From contig NC_087245.1 of the NCBI RefSeq assembly GCF_037042905.1, forward strand, positions 9,364,001-9,428,000: DNA of 64,000 nt. Reading direction: 5' to 3'. Source of the stretch: Lytechinus pictus. Lineage: Eukaryota. This document shows, one piece after another, positions 55,001 through 64,000 of this stretch (position 1 is the stretch's first letter; each line of letters begins with the position of its first letter). Under the pieces are notes generated by a model. It saw only the letters and a list, made by a program, of their open reading frames with translations. It was not told where the DNA came from and did no database searches. Both the position numbers and the translations under genes were made by a program.

Positions 55001-58000
55001 GATAGTTGCCATATTCACTAATGCTTAAACATCCATCTTCATTAAAACACGCTTCTATTTCCATAAATAAGTACACAGCAGTCTGTGTTCCACTACCTAA
55101 CCTATAAAGCATTGGTATGACAGGGAAGAAAAGAAATGCTTGAGACCATTGAAATCAACAGTCTCACTGAGCCAAGGCAATACTAGCATCTGATAAGGTA
55201 CAAACAAATACTTTATAAAATCAACACTGTTAATACTACCATCTTTAAGACTACAGTGCTTACATCAGGCTTTGCCATGCCAACTAGCTCAGTGAACTTC
55301 TCCAGGAGTTCTACCAAGAATTCCTTTGGTTTCCTCAACACCCACGATGGTTGAGATATAAAGAGACGAAGGTAGACACCACCGATCACTACCTCATCCG
55401 TGATCTGACTGGAAATAGAGAAGTCCTCTGGGAGCTGAAAAAAAATAGATTCCATTGACAATAATGTTAAGATATAAAAAAAAATGTCATTTAAATTCAT
55501 GTTTCACAATGATAGGGTACTTCTGAACCCAATTTCAGTAATAAAAACAAGTCAATGTAAAGAAAGAATGACATATTCCTTTATTTACAATGGCAGTATT
55601 GTAGGCAGAACTAAACAGTACTGCCTACAACAATATACAGTGGTAATAATGTCCCATTTGTTTGACCATTGAAATTTAACCACAGATTAGAAAGCAATAC
55701 CATACACAACATTTAAAAGCATCACTTCTAATATAAAAGCAACAAAGTAAAAGGTTTACAAGAATAGTTCCACAAAAAATGTATTGTATCAAACAGAATT
55801 ATTTTCTGAAAATTTAACTTTTCATATTTACAAACATGTGAATTTGGTTTGAAAAGAGATCTTTATTTCATTTGATACCTGGTACAAAAAGGTCTATCAA
55901 AACAGATATTGAGAGTACTTTCTCACCTTCCAAGTGACATCTGGGTTGTCTTTCTGCTCCTTATAATGCCTGGAACAAGAAGAAAAAAACAGCATTATGA
56001 CATAACTTTGGATATTGTGCATACATGGAAGGAGAACACCTTTCATTTTCTATAAAGTTTACCTGAATAACCCATAGAACTTGGCCACATATCACAAATG
56101 TCTATAGAGCCTAGATAATTTTTCTTTGTGAGCCTTAAACTATCAGGATTTTCCAGGAATAAGGATTTTTCTCTTAGAATGTAGAAAATCAGGAATGTTG
56201 GGGGCGTCGTGGTATAGTGGTTATGACTCTCGTCTTTCAATCTTGAGGGACATGGGTTTGATTCCCAGCAATAGCGTGTTTTCCTTCAGCAAAAAATTTA
56301 TCAACATTGTGCTGCACTTAACCTATGTGAAGTGAATTGGTACCCGCTAGGAAGAAATTCCTCAAATGCAAGAGCGCCTGTATGCAGCACTGCTATAGCT
56401 GGGGAAATAATGATCATAGCATTGTAATGCGCAGTTGAGTATATACATATAGTAAATTATGCAATATAAATGTACAATTAATATTATTATTATTATTACG
56501 TCATACCTAACAGAAATGAGCAGTAGATCACCTTCAATGAGCATGATCTTACCAAAGCAGTGATGCAATATGAACCATACACAACTGGAATGTAAGTGCA
56601 ACCTTTAATAAGACTTTATTCATTGTGAAACAATAATTAGCTCTGAAAACATCAAAAGAACTAATACATCTGAGTGTTCCATTGATCCACTTTTCACCCT
56701 GACAATCAACCTACGACAGGTTAATAATGCATCGTGCATCAAGACATTTGTTCTATGACTCTTCAATCTTGGAAATAAGATGTGATACCTTTTCTGCTTT
56801 TCCCCACTCAAATAAACTCTTGGTTATTCCATCTTGTTTAATTATAACATTTGATCCTTGACCTTTGACATGACAGGCCAACAACAACAAAAAACGTCAT
56901 GAGCATTTTCTTTTTACCTGTTCTTCATTTTGACAATGAGATTTGAAATCTTCTCTCTTGATTCCTCATTCCAAATCAGTTCTGGATTTTCTTGTACACC
57001 TGAAAGGAAAATTGACAAGCAGATTGTATCAAGGAAATTTGTTTTCATCCAGGAGGCTGCAGATGGTGGAGACCTGGAGCTTGCCACTAGCAACAACAGA
57101 TTGAGCTAATTGAGAATACAAGGGGAAAAGATAATGTGTCAAGAAACAAAAATAGAGCCTGCTGCAAGCTCTACAGTGCGAGTCAGAAAAAATGTTACAC
57201 TTTTTTGTATCAATGTATCAATTAAGAAAATGTGGGATTCAGAGAGAATTTCTAGCATGTATGGAAAGAGTAAATATTCCTTTGCCACTTGGTAAAATTT
57301 GTTTCAGTGTTGTTATGGTTGAGTGCACAACAGCCATTGTTTGAAAAAGTGTCAAAACCCACTTGCGCCAAGTCAGGTGAATACCTGCTGAAACAGAGAC
57401 AAAAGCATTCACACAAACAATGAGCGTTTAGTTTATGTGTATGTTTATTAATTTAAAAAAATAAACAAGAGAACGAGTAAATTAAAATTATCTTCAATGA
57501 AAAGTTCCTTTTCATTGTCATTTTGGCCACAACTTGGACAAAGCTTCCCGCCTTCAATCTTCTACATTTCTCTCGATGCTCTTCTGAGCTCGATGGAGCA
57601 TTGCTGCCATGGCCCTGCAAAGTGTCTGCCTGTCTTTGTCTGGGGGTACCTGAAGTCAGAAGTGTACAGCACCCCACCTACAGATCTGGATGACTTGCAG
57701 CAGCGCATTATCAGAGCCTCTCGTGTCCCTGATCAGAGCAACATGTGGAAGATTGAAGGCACGAAGCTTTGTCCAAGTTGTAGCCAAAATGACACTGAAA
57801 AGGATCTTTTCAGTGAAGATGATTTATCGATTTACTGGTTCTCTTGTTTATTCTTCTTGATTTATAAACATACGCATAAACGCCCATTGTTTATGTGAAT
57901 GCTTTTGTCTCCGTTTCAGCAGGTAATCACCTGACTTGGCGCAAATGGGTTTTGACACTTTTCAAACAATGGCTGTTGTGCACTCAACCATAACAACACT

Positions 58001-61000
58001 GGAACAAATTTTACCAAGTGACAAAGGAATATTTACTCTATCCATACATGCTAGAATTTCTCTCTGAATACGTTTTCTTTAAAAAATACTTAATTTAAAA
58101 AGTGTAACATTTTTTCTGACTCGCACTGTATTGCAGGGCTTGAATCGTTCCAGGGCCATGGTCTTGGATGTCCAAGTGATTGGCCTCAATATACACATTC
58201 TTCCATCTTGGATATTTTTATGCCTTTTTTATTTTCCCATATTCTTTAAGAAAGTGGTCTGAACTAGGAAGCAAACAAAATCAATTGTTTTTCATTGAAA
58301 TATGAGATTAACTATTTTTTTCAGGCTCCACTACTTTTGCTATTTTTTTTTGGCCTTTTTATATAATATTGACTAGTCAAAGATGAGGAAATAAATGGAG
58401 CATGATCAAAATTTACTTCATCTACTTTTCTCGATTGAAAAAAGGTAAACTATAAAAAAAATGTTAACAACTAATTCATCCATGGGATTTGAACCTTGAT
58501 TCTACTCACTCTCAAACATGACGACACTGGCTTCAGAGGAGTCCCTCATGGCATCCATGAATGCCGTCGGGAGGAACTTACAGCAGAGGATTCGTATACG
58601 AGGACCAACCAGCTTGTCTGACTGCATCTTGGCTAAGAGTTCAGCTGTCTTCTCTCTTACTTCAGAGTTGGTTGAGTTGCAGAAGAGATCCAAGAGATAG
58701 ATCAATCCACCTAGAAAGAAAACAAAGATGGAATTGAATTTTGCAGGGATAAAACTTATCTCAAATTTTAAACATTTTGAGAGTAGCTAAAAAAGCTATA
58801 TTTTGTCAATATGGCAATGGTGGCAACCTCATATTGTCTGAAAAGTTTCCTAATTACTGTAGAGAACTCTTCCCAGGCAATAGAAGGGTGTTACTTAAAC
58901 CAGAACTCCAAAATCAAGCACTTTCTGAACTGTCTTCAATTATATCTGAATTTTGAGAGACAGGATTTTTAGCACCCCAATGACAATATTCTGAGTGAAG
59001 TTTCACATTGAATCATAGTAACCATTTAAATCTAAGATTAGTATTTTAAACCCATATGAAGCCTGGTTTTTTTTTTTAATTCAAATCAAAGGTCTATCTT
59101 AAAGTCATGATTGATGAAATGTACTTACCCTTAGATACTATTTCTTTGACAATCTTTGTATGAGATACCAAGGCAAAGAGTGTCTCCAGTACTGACAAAC
59201 AACCTGGGAAGACATAAACATATAGCATTAACCAAAGCAAACAGGTCTACCTGTCAGTGCTGATGTCACCTACAGAATAAAAATACATGTACTAACACAA
59301 TAGATCAGAGAAGAGAACATGCAAACTAAAAGCAATCAGGCACAATCAATTCTCAAGGACAGAGTACAAAACTGTAAGTATTCAACATGGTTATGAATGT
59401 TCCTGATATTCTAAGGTGATGATATTGCCATAGGTAGTTCATTCCAAGTTTTGGTCCAATTACTGAAAAGTCAGTATCCCTCGCACATGTAGCAGTTTCA
59501 GGGTATTGGAGCAATATAGCATCTAATGAAAAGTAAAGAACTTTATATGTTGTTATATTTTGAAACAGAGTTATGCAAATATATGTGAAAGGGCTTACAC
59601 TAGATGATACACAATTGAGGATTCTTTAAAACTAGGTCTCTGCCGAACTTTGGTCAGGCGAGACAAAAAAAAAGAAATGAAAATACCTATTAACAGATAT
59701 CCCTAAAATGAAGCAACTTCTTATACAATAAGATGTGATAAAATGCTGAAAGTATCTTACCTGATGGTAATGAATGTAAGGTGAGTAGTAGGTATCCAGC
59801 AACACCAGAGTCTCCTATATTAGTCACACAGTCCTGGTTTCCAGTCACATTACGGATCACCTAAATCATTAATATCAAGTACAAAGAAAAGTCACAAAGC
59901 TAGGCCTCAAAATTTACATTAATCCTCTCACAAACACTATGGAATGTTGAAAATTTAACTGAGTCACTGTGATAATCATTTTAAAATCCTTTTGTTGAAT
60001 TTGGATTTGCTATTAAAATGAATTATACATGTACATACATGGTTTAATGCAATTGCACCTACCTGCACTCTGCAAACTAAATGTAAACATCCACCTTTTA
60101 CCTAAAGTGTCATAATTATCTTTACTGTAATTTCTTCTAACCTTGCTGCTATTGCTACAATCTTTACTTCAAAACTACAACCACAATTCTACATTTATTT
60201 CTTCCAGTTATGAAGCATCAATCTTCTGAAAAGAATAAGAAATGGATGTACTGAAAATAGTAAATACCTCTAGAGCAAGGAGTTGAAGCTGTGTAGCACC
60301 GGTCAGCCTAAGCAATGAGAAGAGCAGCTTGTAATGACCATTACATTGAATCTCTGTACCAGGATTGTTCTTGATGACCTTGGCTAGGGCGTCCAAGGCC
60401 ATCTCACAGTTCTTCAGACGTTCTGCTTGTTGGCTGGATTGACTGGTGTCCACCTCCTTTGCTGTGAGTGCCATTAAGGAGTGAAGGTACTGAGCTTGTG
60501 AACCAAGGTAGTCAAGGAGGCAGTTGGTGAATCCTCTCGCATCCTGCAGGAGATGAAAGGGAAGGTGCGTTCAAATGGGAATTTAGATTAAAATACTTGC
60601 AAGCAATTCAAAATAATTTGACTATTGATAAGAGTAGTTTAAAAAACTACTGGTTTATTATGTAAGAAACATCATGTTTCACTGTAGGAACGTTTGTCAG
60701 AATTCACTGCACATTAGGTCAACAAATATTGTTGAACAAGGTCAATCTATAATTCTGAAGATGTTCGTCATTGCGGAGTATTAAATTGAGTTGACTGATC
60801 AGTTGTCTCGCGAAGCGGTTGAAATTGTAAGAGAGTTCACGACGTTTTGTTGGCTGCTGCTCAACTTTGTCAAGTGATGGAGACTTTGGTGCAAGGGCGA
60901 AGGTTATAGTGAGTATGTGGACGTCTGAGGGATCCGGCCGAAAGTGAGGGAGGTTGCCGTACGTCGGTTAGTGTGTTGGGATGCGGACGTGGGTGACGGC

Positions 61001-63726
61001 TCGGTGTTAGTGTTGTCGGCCAATCTACTTTGTAAAACACACTTGTTGTTTTTTAAATCATTGTGGGTTTAGTATAATGCTTATTCTTCAGTCACTCCTC
61101 TGTCCCAAATTTTGATAAATAAATATTTACCATTTTAAACAAATGCTCAAAAAATAGGTAACATGTCCACGGACGAGGTTATTGTTGCAATCCAACTGCC
61201 AAAGAAATGTGCAATATCAAATCATTTGGTAACAACTTTTCTTCCTTTTCCAACCTCATTTTTCTCCAATCTTTTCAACAAACCATGCATTTGCCATACT
61301 TATTGCTTGATGTTACATTACCTGAAGTGGGAATGTAGGCATATCATTGAAGATGCGGACAAAGATATCTCCAACGATAAGTTCTTTGGCATGAGCACTG
61401 AAGGTAAAGTCAGCTCCAAACAGAGGATCACACTCTCCCTGAATTGAAGAAGAAAAGAGGTTTACTCAATTTCAAATGCTTCTTAAATTAATCAGGGGAA
61501 TGTATGTAGATATACATGTATTGTTAATCAGTAGGTAAGTCATTAAGAGTAATTCAGATATCCTTAGTTCAATTCCACTGCATTTACAGAATCTTTAGGT
61601 AAGGTGCTCCCCATGCAGTAGGAAAAGGTAATAGATATCTGTGATACAGTAGATTTATGACAATGATTTTAATGAAGATACCATTTTATGATAACATTGT
61701 ATATTTCAAAATTTTTACATTTAACTGTGGTATTGACTCTAATATTTCCAATTGATATATCAGTATTTTGGTTTAGTTACAGGTATATTTTGTTTACTTT
61801 ATTCTTTCTTTTGTTATTCAATTGATTTATAGCATCAATCGCCCCAAGCCAGCCCCCGCATAGTTTTTCCTTTATATAAATAATGTACTCTACTCACCGT
61901 CCTGATCTTTCTCTGTTGCTGTTCTTTGACAAACTCAACCAGCTCCGTCCTGGTGGAGTTATCCCAAAGAAGATAAGGGTTCTCTGTGTTGCTATTAAGG
62001 ATTTTCAGCACCTGTTGGTAGAGAGAATGAGGATTACAATGGACATAGATGACAAGTAAATGTACAACAAATTTACTTGTTCAGTCATTTTATCAAGTAT
62101 TATCCAATCAGAATATAGGAATGAAATACTCTCTTTTTTCTGATTAGGATTTTGGAGATGCGTGACCAGTAAAATAACATCTTTATTGTTTCACAGAATA
62201 AGCTTTTCACTGAAAAAATATGACTGTTTCTGTTATGGACCACAGGAAATAATAACATAACTTATCACTGAAATTAAACATGAACGGCATCACTTTTACT
62301 CATTGCATGCATTGTTCAATTGCAAATATGTTGATTTAAGTCTTACACTGGTCAATCATGCAATAATTTCTGAACAGAAAAACCATCAATTGAATTGAAT
62401 TACATTGTAAATAACCGATAATAGATGCCTATTCAATTATAGTAGGTCATACATATCAACATTCAAACAATCCTTTTTGTATAAACTGGTAATTACTTTT
62501 TAAGAGTTCTCTTTTAATAAGAACATATTTCTCTTGTAGTAAATTGGGTTGATTCAGTTCTATGATATAACCAGCAATTGATTTATTACCTGGTTGGGGT
62601 TTTCTGATCCTAGTTGGTTTGCAAGGTATGGTGTAAGTAAGGCGCTGAGTGATTTCCTAATGGCCGGGTTCTCTGGGGTAGCTTTGTCTCCTGTTTGGTA
62701 ACCTGCTAACCTAGCTAAACCTGTGAAGCATAAACTGGCTAATGTATTGGCTACTTGCTGTAAAGACAAAAACAGAGTGATAACAACCAATGATAGAACT
62801 ATTGATTGCAGATATCTGATGAATAGTAAATTTAAGTTGAAATATAACTAACAATCTATGATGGAAGTCCCCCCCCCCCCTCCCCAAAAAAGAACATATA
62901 ACAATACCCCCTCCCTCCTTTCCAAAACATGAACCCTTTAAAGTATAATCAGCCCATTAACATACAGGATAGAATCATGCAAAAAAGAGCACTATTACAA
63001 AATTTAAAATGTGATCCCTATTATTACCAACCATTTCAATCTCTTTTGGATGCTTTTCCTATCATCACTACCACAATAAAAAACTCTGTACCTAAAGCTT
63101 GGATCCTTGGATTATTTCTTCTTTACCCATACAGGGTGGGTTTTGGGTCTGATCCCTTCAATATCTTATACCACAATCAATACCACAATCACTACCACCT
63201 CCACAACCATTGCTACAATCACTACTAGTACTATCGATACTATCAACACTACCACTACGAAAATCACTATCACAACCACTAACACCACCCTTAAACCTGA
63301 AGATTTTAACACATTGCTTGTCCACTCTACTCTTATAGACTGTGAAGGCTAATACCACTTCTACAATCACTGTCACCACCATCCGGACTACCACAACCAC
63401 CATCGCAACCCCATACCTGAAGATTTAAACACTTACCTCATCCACTCCTCCCTTATAGACTATGAAGGCCATTAAGAACTAATACCATTACTACAATCAC
63501 TACCACCACCAATACCACTTCCACAACCACCATTGCAACCCCTTACCTGAAGATTTGATCCTTCACTAGCCTCCACCCCACTCTCATATAGGGTGAAGTC
63601 ATACTGGAAGAGATAGACAAGGAGATGCCAGATTACTCCAGCTTGTTGTAGATGATCCTGTAGATACTTATCCACAGAGAAGGCACTCACACACTCGGCC
63701 GCCACAGAGCACAAGAGAGGCAGGTT
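51992..63726 (-). CDS. DNAJC13: DnaJ homolog subfamily C member 13 (RME-8), 3' portion; 16 exons, gene continues beyond the window end
   Basis: 16 GT-AG exons with matching phases total 2187 nt (728 aa + stop). Recognisable motifs include [76 protein letters not shown] and [13 protein letters not shown]. Confidence 0.95.
52383..52482 (-). CDS. DNAJC13: DNAJC13 penultimate exon ([24 protein letters not shown]...GYLT)
   Basis: CAG / GTAAGA, 100 nt, phase 0-1. Confidence 0.92.
52603..52877. repeat. Degenerate (CAT)n microsatellite in a DNAJC13 intron
   Basis: Directly visible; source of the spurious poly-D/H/I/M ORFs. Confidence 0.95.
52895..53035 (-). CDS. DNAJC13: DNAJC13 exon ([15 protein letters not shown]...[14 protein letters not shown]...HGER)
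   Basis: CAG / GTAAGA, 141 nt, phase 0-0. Confidence 0.92.
53485..53625 (-). CDS. DNAJC13: DNAJC13 exon ([15 protein letters not shown]...ELVEQ)
   Basis: CAG / GTGAGG, 141 nt, phase 0-0. Confidence 0.92.
54222..54401 (-). CDS. DNAJC13: DNAJC13 exon ([10 protein letters not shown]...[11 protein letters not shown]...ISNSD)
   Basis: CAG / GTGAGT, 180 nt, phase 0-0. Confidence 0.92.
54496..54620 (-). repeat. Degenerate duplicate of the 5' half and acceptor of DNAJC13 exon 54222-54401
   Basis: Aligns to ~54307-54436 (e.g. ACCAGTCGTAA(C/G)CATCTCC, AGGTAGAT...CAAGCTGAG, GTCAAAGGT...AGAGGGCA). Confidence 0.8.
55264..55434 (-). CDS. DNAJC13: DNAJC13 exon (LPEDFS...[23 protein letters not shown]...AKPD)
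   Basis: CAG / GTAAGC, 171 nt, phase 0-0. Confidence 0.93.
55927..55969 (-). CDS. DNAJC13: DNAJC13 short exon ([14 protein letters not shown])
   Basis: CAG / GTGAGA, 43 nt, phase 2-0; restores the frame between its neighbours. Confidence 0.9.
56201..56498 (+). mobile_element. tRNA-derived SINE in a DNAJC13 intron (antisense to the gene)
   Basis: A box TGGTATAGTGG, degenerate B box GGTTTGATTCC, shared body and 3' region, (ATT)n tail. Confidence 0.85.
56918..56999 (-). CDS. DNAJC13: DNAJC13 exon ([18 protein letters not shown]...KMKN)
   Basis: CAG / GTAAAA, 82 nt, phase 1-2. Confidence 0.92.
57174..58128 (+). mobile_element. Tc1/mariner deletion derivative, 955 bp, ~390-bp TIRs, in a DNAJC13 intron
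   Basis: TA|CAGTGCGAGTCAGAAAAAATGTTACAC ... GTGTAACATTTTTTCTGACTCGCACTG|TA. The arms align over 57174-57567 / 57743-58128. Confidence 0.93.
57632..57720 (+). pseudogene. Tc1/mariner transposase C-terminal fragment
   Basis: [28 protein letters not shown] matches the segment after the SPDLNP motif (F-x-W-G-Y-L-K..VY...P....L...I) of IS630-Tc1-mariner transposases. Confidence 0.8.
58510..58710 (-). CDS. DNAJC13: DNAJC13 exon ([12 protein letters not shown]...VVMFE)
   Basis: TAG / GTGAGT, 201 nt, phase 1-1. Confidence 0.93.
59129..59203 (-). CDS. DNAJC13: DNAJC13 exon ([24 protein letters not shown])
   Basis: CAG / GTAAGT, 75 nt, phase 1-1. Confidence 0.92.
59631..59670 (-). mobile_element. 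Helentron-type terminal hairpin remnant
   Basis: ACTAGGTCTCTGCCGAACTTTGGTCAGGCGAGACAAAAA is a close copy of 46111-46149. Confidence 0.6.
59761..59860 (-). CDS. DNAJC13: DNAJC13 exon ([12 protein letters not shown]...LHSLPS)
   Basis: TAG / GTAAGA, 100 nt, phase 0-1. Confidence 0.92.
60268..60543 (-). CDS. DNAJC13: DNAJC13 exon ([23 protein letters not shown]...QLLALE)
   Basis: CAG / GTATTT, 276 nt, phase 0-0. Confidence 0.92.
60760..61022 (-). mobile_element. Probable Penelope-like retroelement terminal-repeat fragment
   Basis: CpG-rich insert inside a CpG-poor intron, carrying a minimal hammerhead-like motif. Boundaries are approximate. Confidence 0.5.
60837..60877 (-). ncRNA. Minimal type I hammerhead-ribozyme-like motif (U3:A8 variant, G12 altered)
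   Basis: The - strand reads TCAC-TTGACAA-A-GTTG(A)GC-AGCA-GCCAAC-AAAA-CGTC-GTGA: stem I, core, stem II, (G>A)AAA, palindromic ACGT, cleavage triplet GUC. Confidence 0.55.
61322..61438 (-). CDS. DNAJC13: DNAJC13 exon ([11 protein letters not shown]...PTFPLQ)
   Basis: CAG / GTAATG, 117 nt, phase 0-0. Confidence 0.92.
61898..62011 (-). CDS. DNAJC13: DNAJC13 exon ([24 protein letters not shown]...KIRT)
   Basis: CAG / GTGAGT, 114 nt, phase 0-0; translated by hand. Confidence 0.92.
62590..62757 (-). CDS. DNAJC13: DNAJC13 exon (QVANTLASL...SENPNQ)
   Basis: CAG / GTAATA, 168 nt, phase 0-0. Confidence 0.92.
63170..63600. repeat. ACC/ACT-rich tandem repeat of 120-130-bp units overlapping a DNAJC13 exon donor
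   Basis: ACCTGAAGATTT anchor at 63295, 63415 and 63545. Confidence 0.85.
63547..63726 (-). CDS. DNAJC13: DNAJC13 exon ([13 protein letters not shown]...EGSNLQ)
   Basis: CAG acceptor, GTAAGG donor, 180 nt, phase 0-0. Confidence 0.92.
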
Positions 63727-64000
63727 CTGATCAATAGAACAACAAAAAATAGCGGTAATATGATATGACTTTATATTGAATTTTAGAAGTAATGCTGATT
63801 AAGTAATCCCAATATGGTTTAAATATAGCATACAATGGACTACAAAATCACATCTTAAGCTAAAGCTTTGGTAAAGGGTCATTACTGTGAATGATACTCG
63901 AGCATAACATTCCAATATTACAAAAGGGCTCCCTGACATTTGCTCTGGCGATAATTGTTATAAAAATAATGAATGTTTATGAGTGCAATGGACCGAATAC

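Noticed and set aside
51992..63726. DNAJC13 as a bystander gene hosting Sp6-9 enhancers
   Set aside because: Its introns here are short, CpG-poor and repeat-filled, with no enhancer-like blocks seen.

Overview
This is AT-rich eukaryotic genomic DNA. A sea urchin or other echinoderm is my inference from the repeat types and protein similarity. It holds two convergent protein-coding genes. The first is an Sp6-9 (Sp8/Sp9-like) zinc-finger gene on +, with its main exon at 5260-6651; its first exon was not confidently located. The second is the 3' part of DNAJC13/RME-8 on -, comprising 16 GT-AG exons (63726 down to 51992, 728 aa) that join in frame. About 39 kb with no credible coding sequence lies between them, with CpG-rich islands that look like a regulatory landscape. 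Mobile DNA includes a three-level nest (Helentron-type element > Helentron-type element > Tc1/mariner MITE, 44074-46170), a Tc1/mariner deletion derivative with a transposase remnant, several other MITEs, three tRNA-derived SINEs, and a Penelope-like fragment carrying a minimal hammerhead-ribozyme-like motif. Less ordinary signals are a CpG-content boundary near 46 kb, an excess of TAGGCCTA/TACATGTA palindromes that split across that boundary, and two degenerate duplications of DNAJC13 exon-intron junctions. All calls were made by eye with no database searches. I found no evidence of a new multi-gene system.
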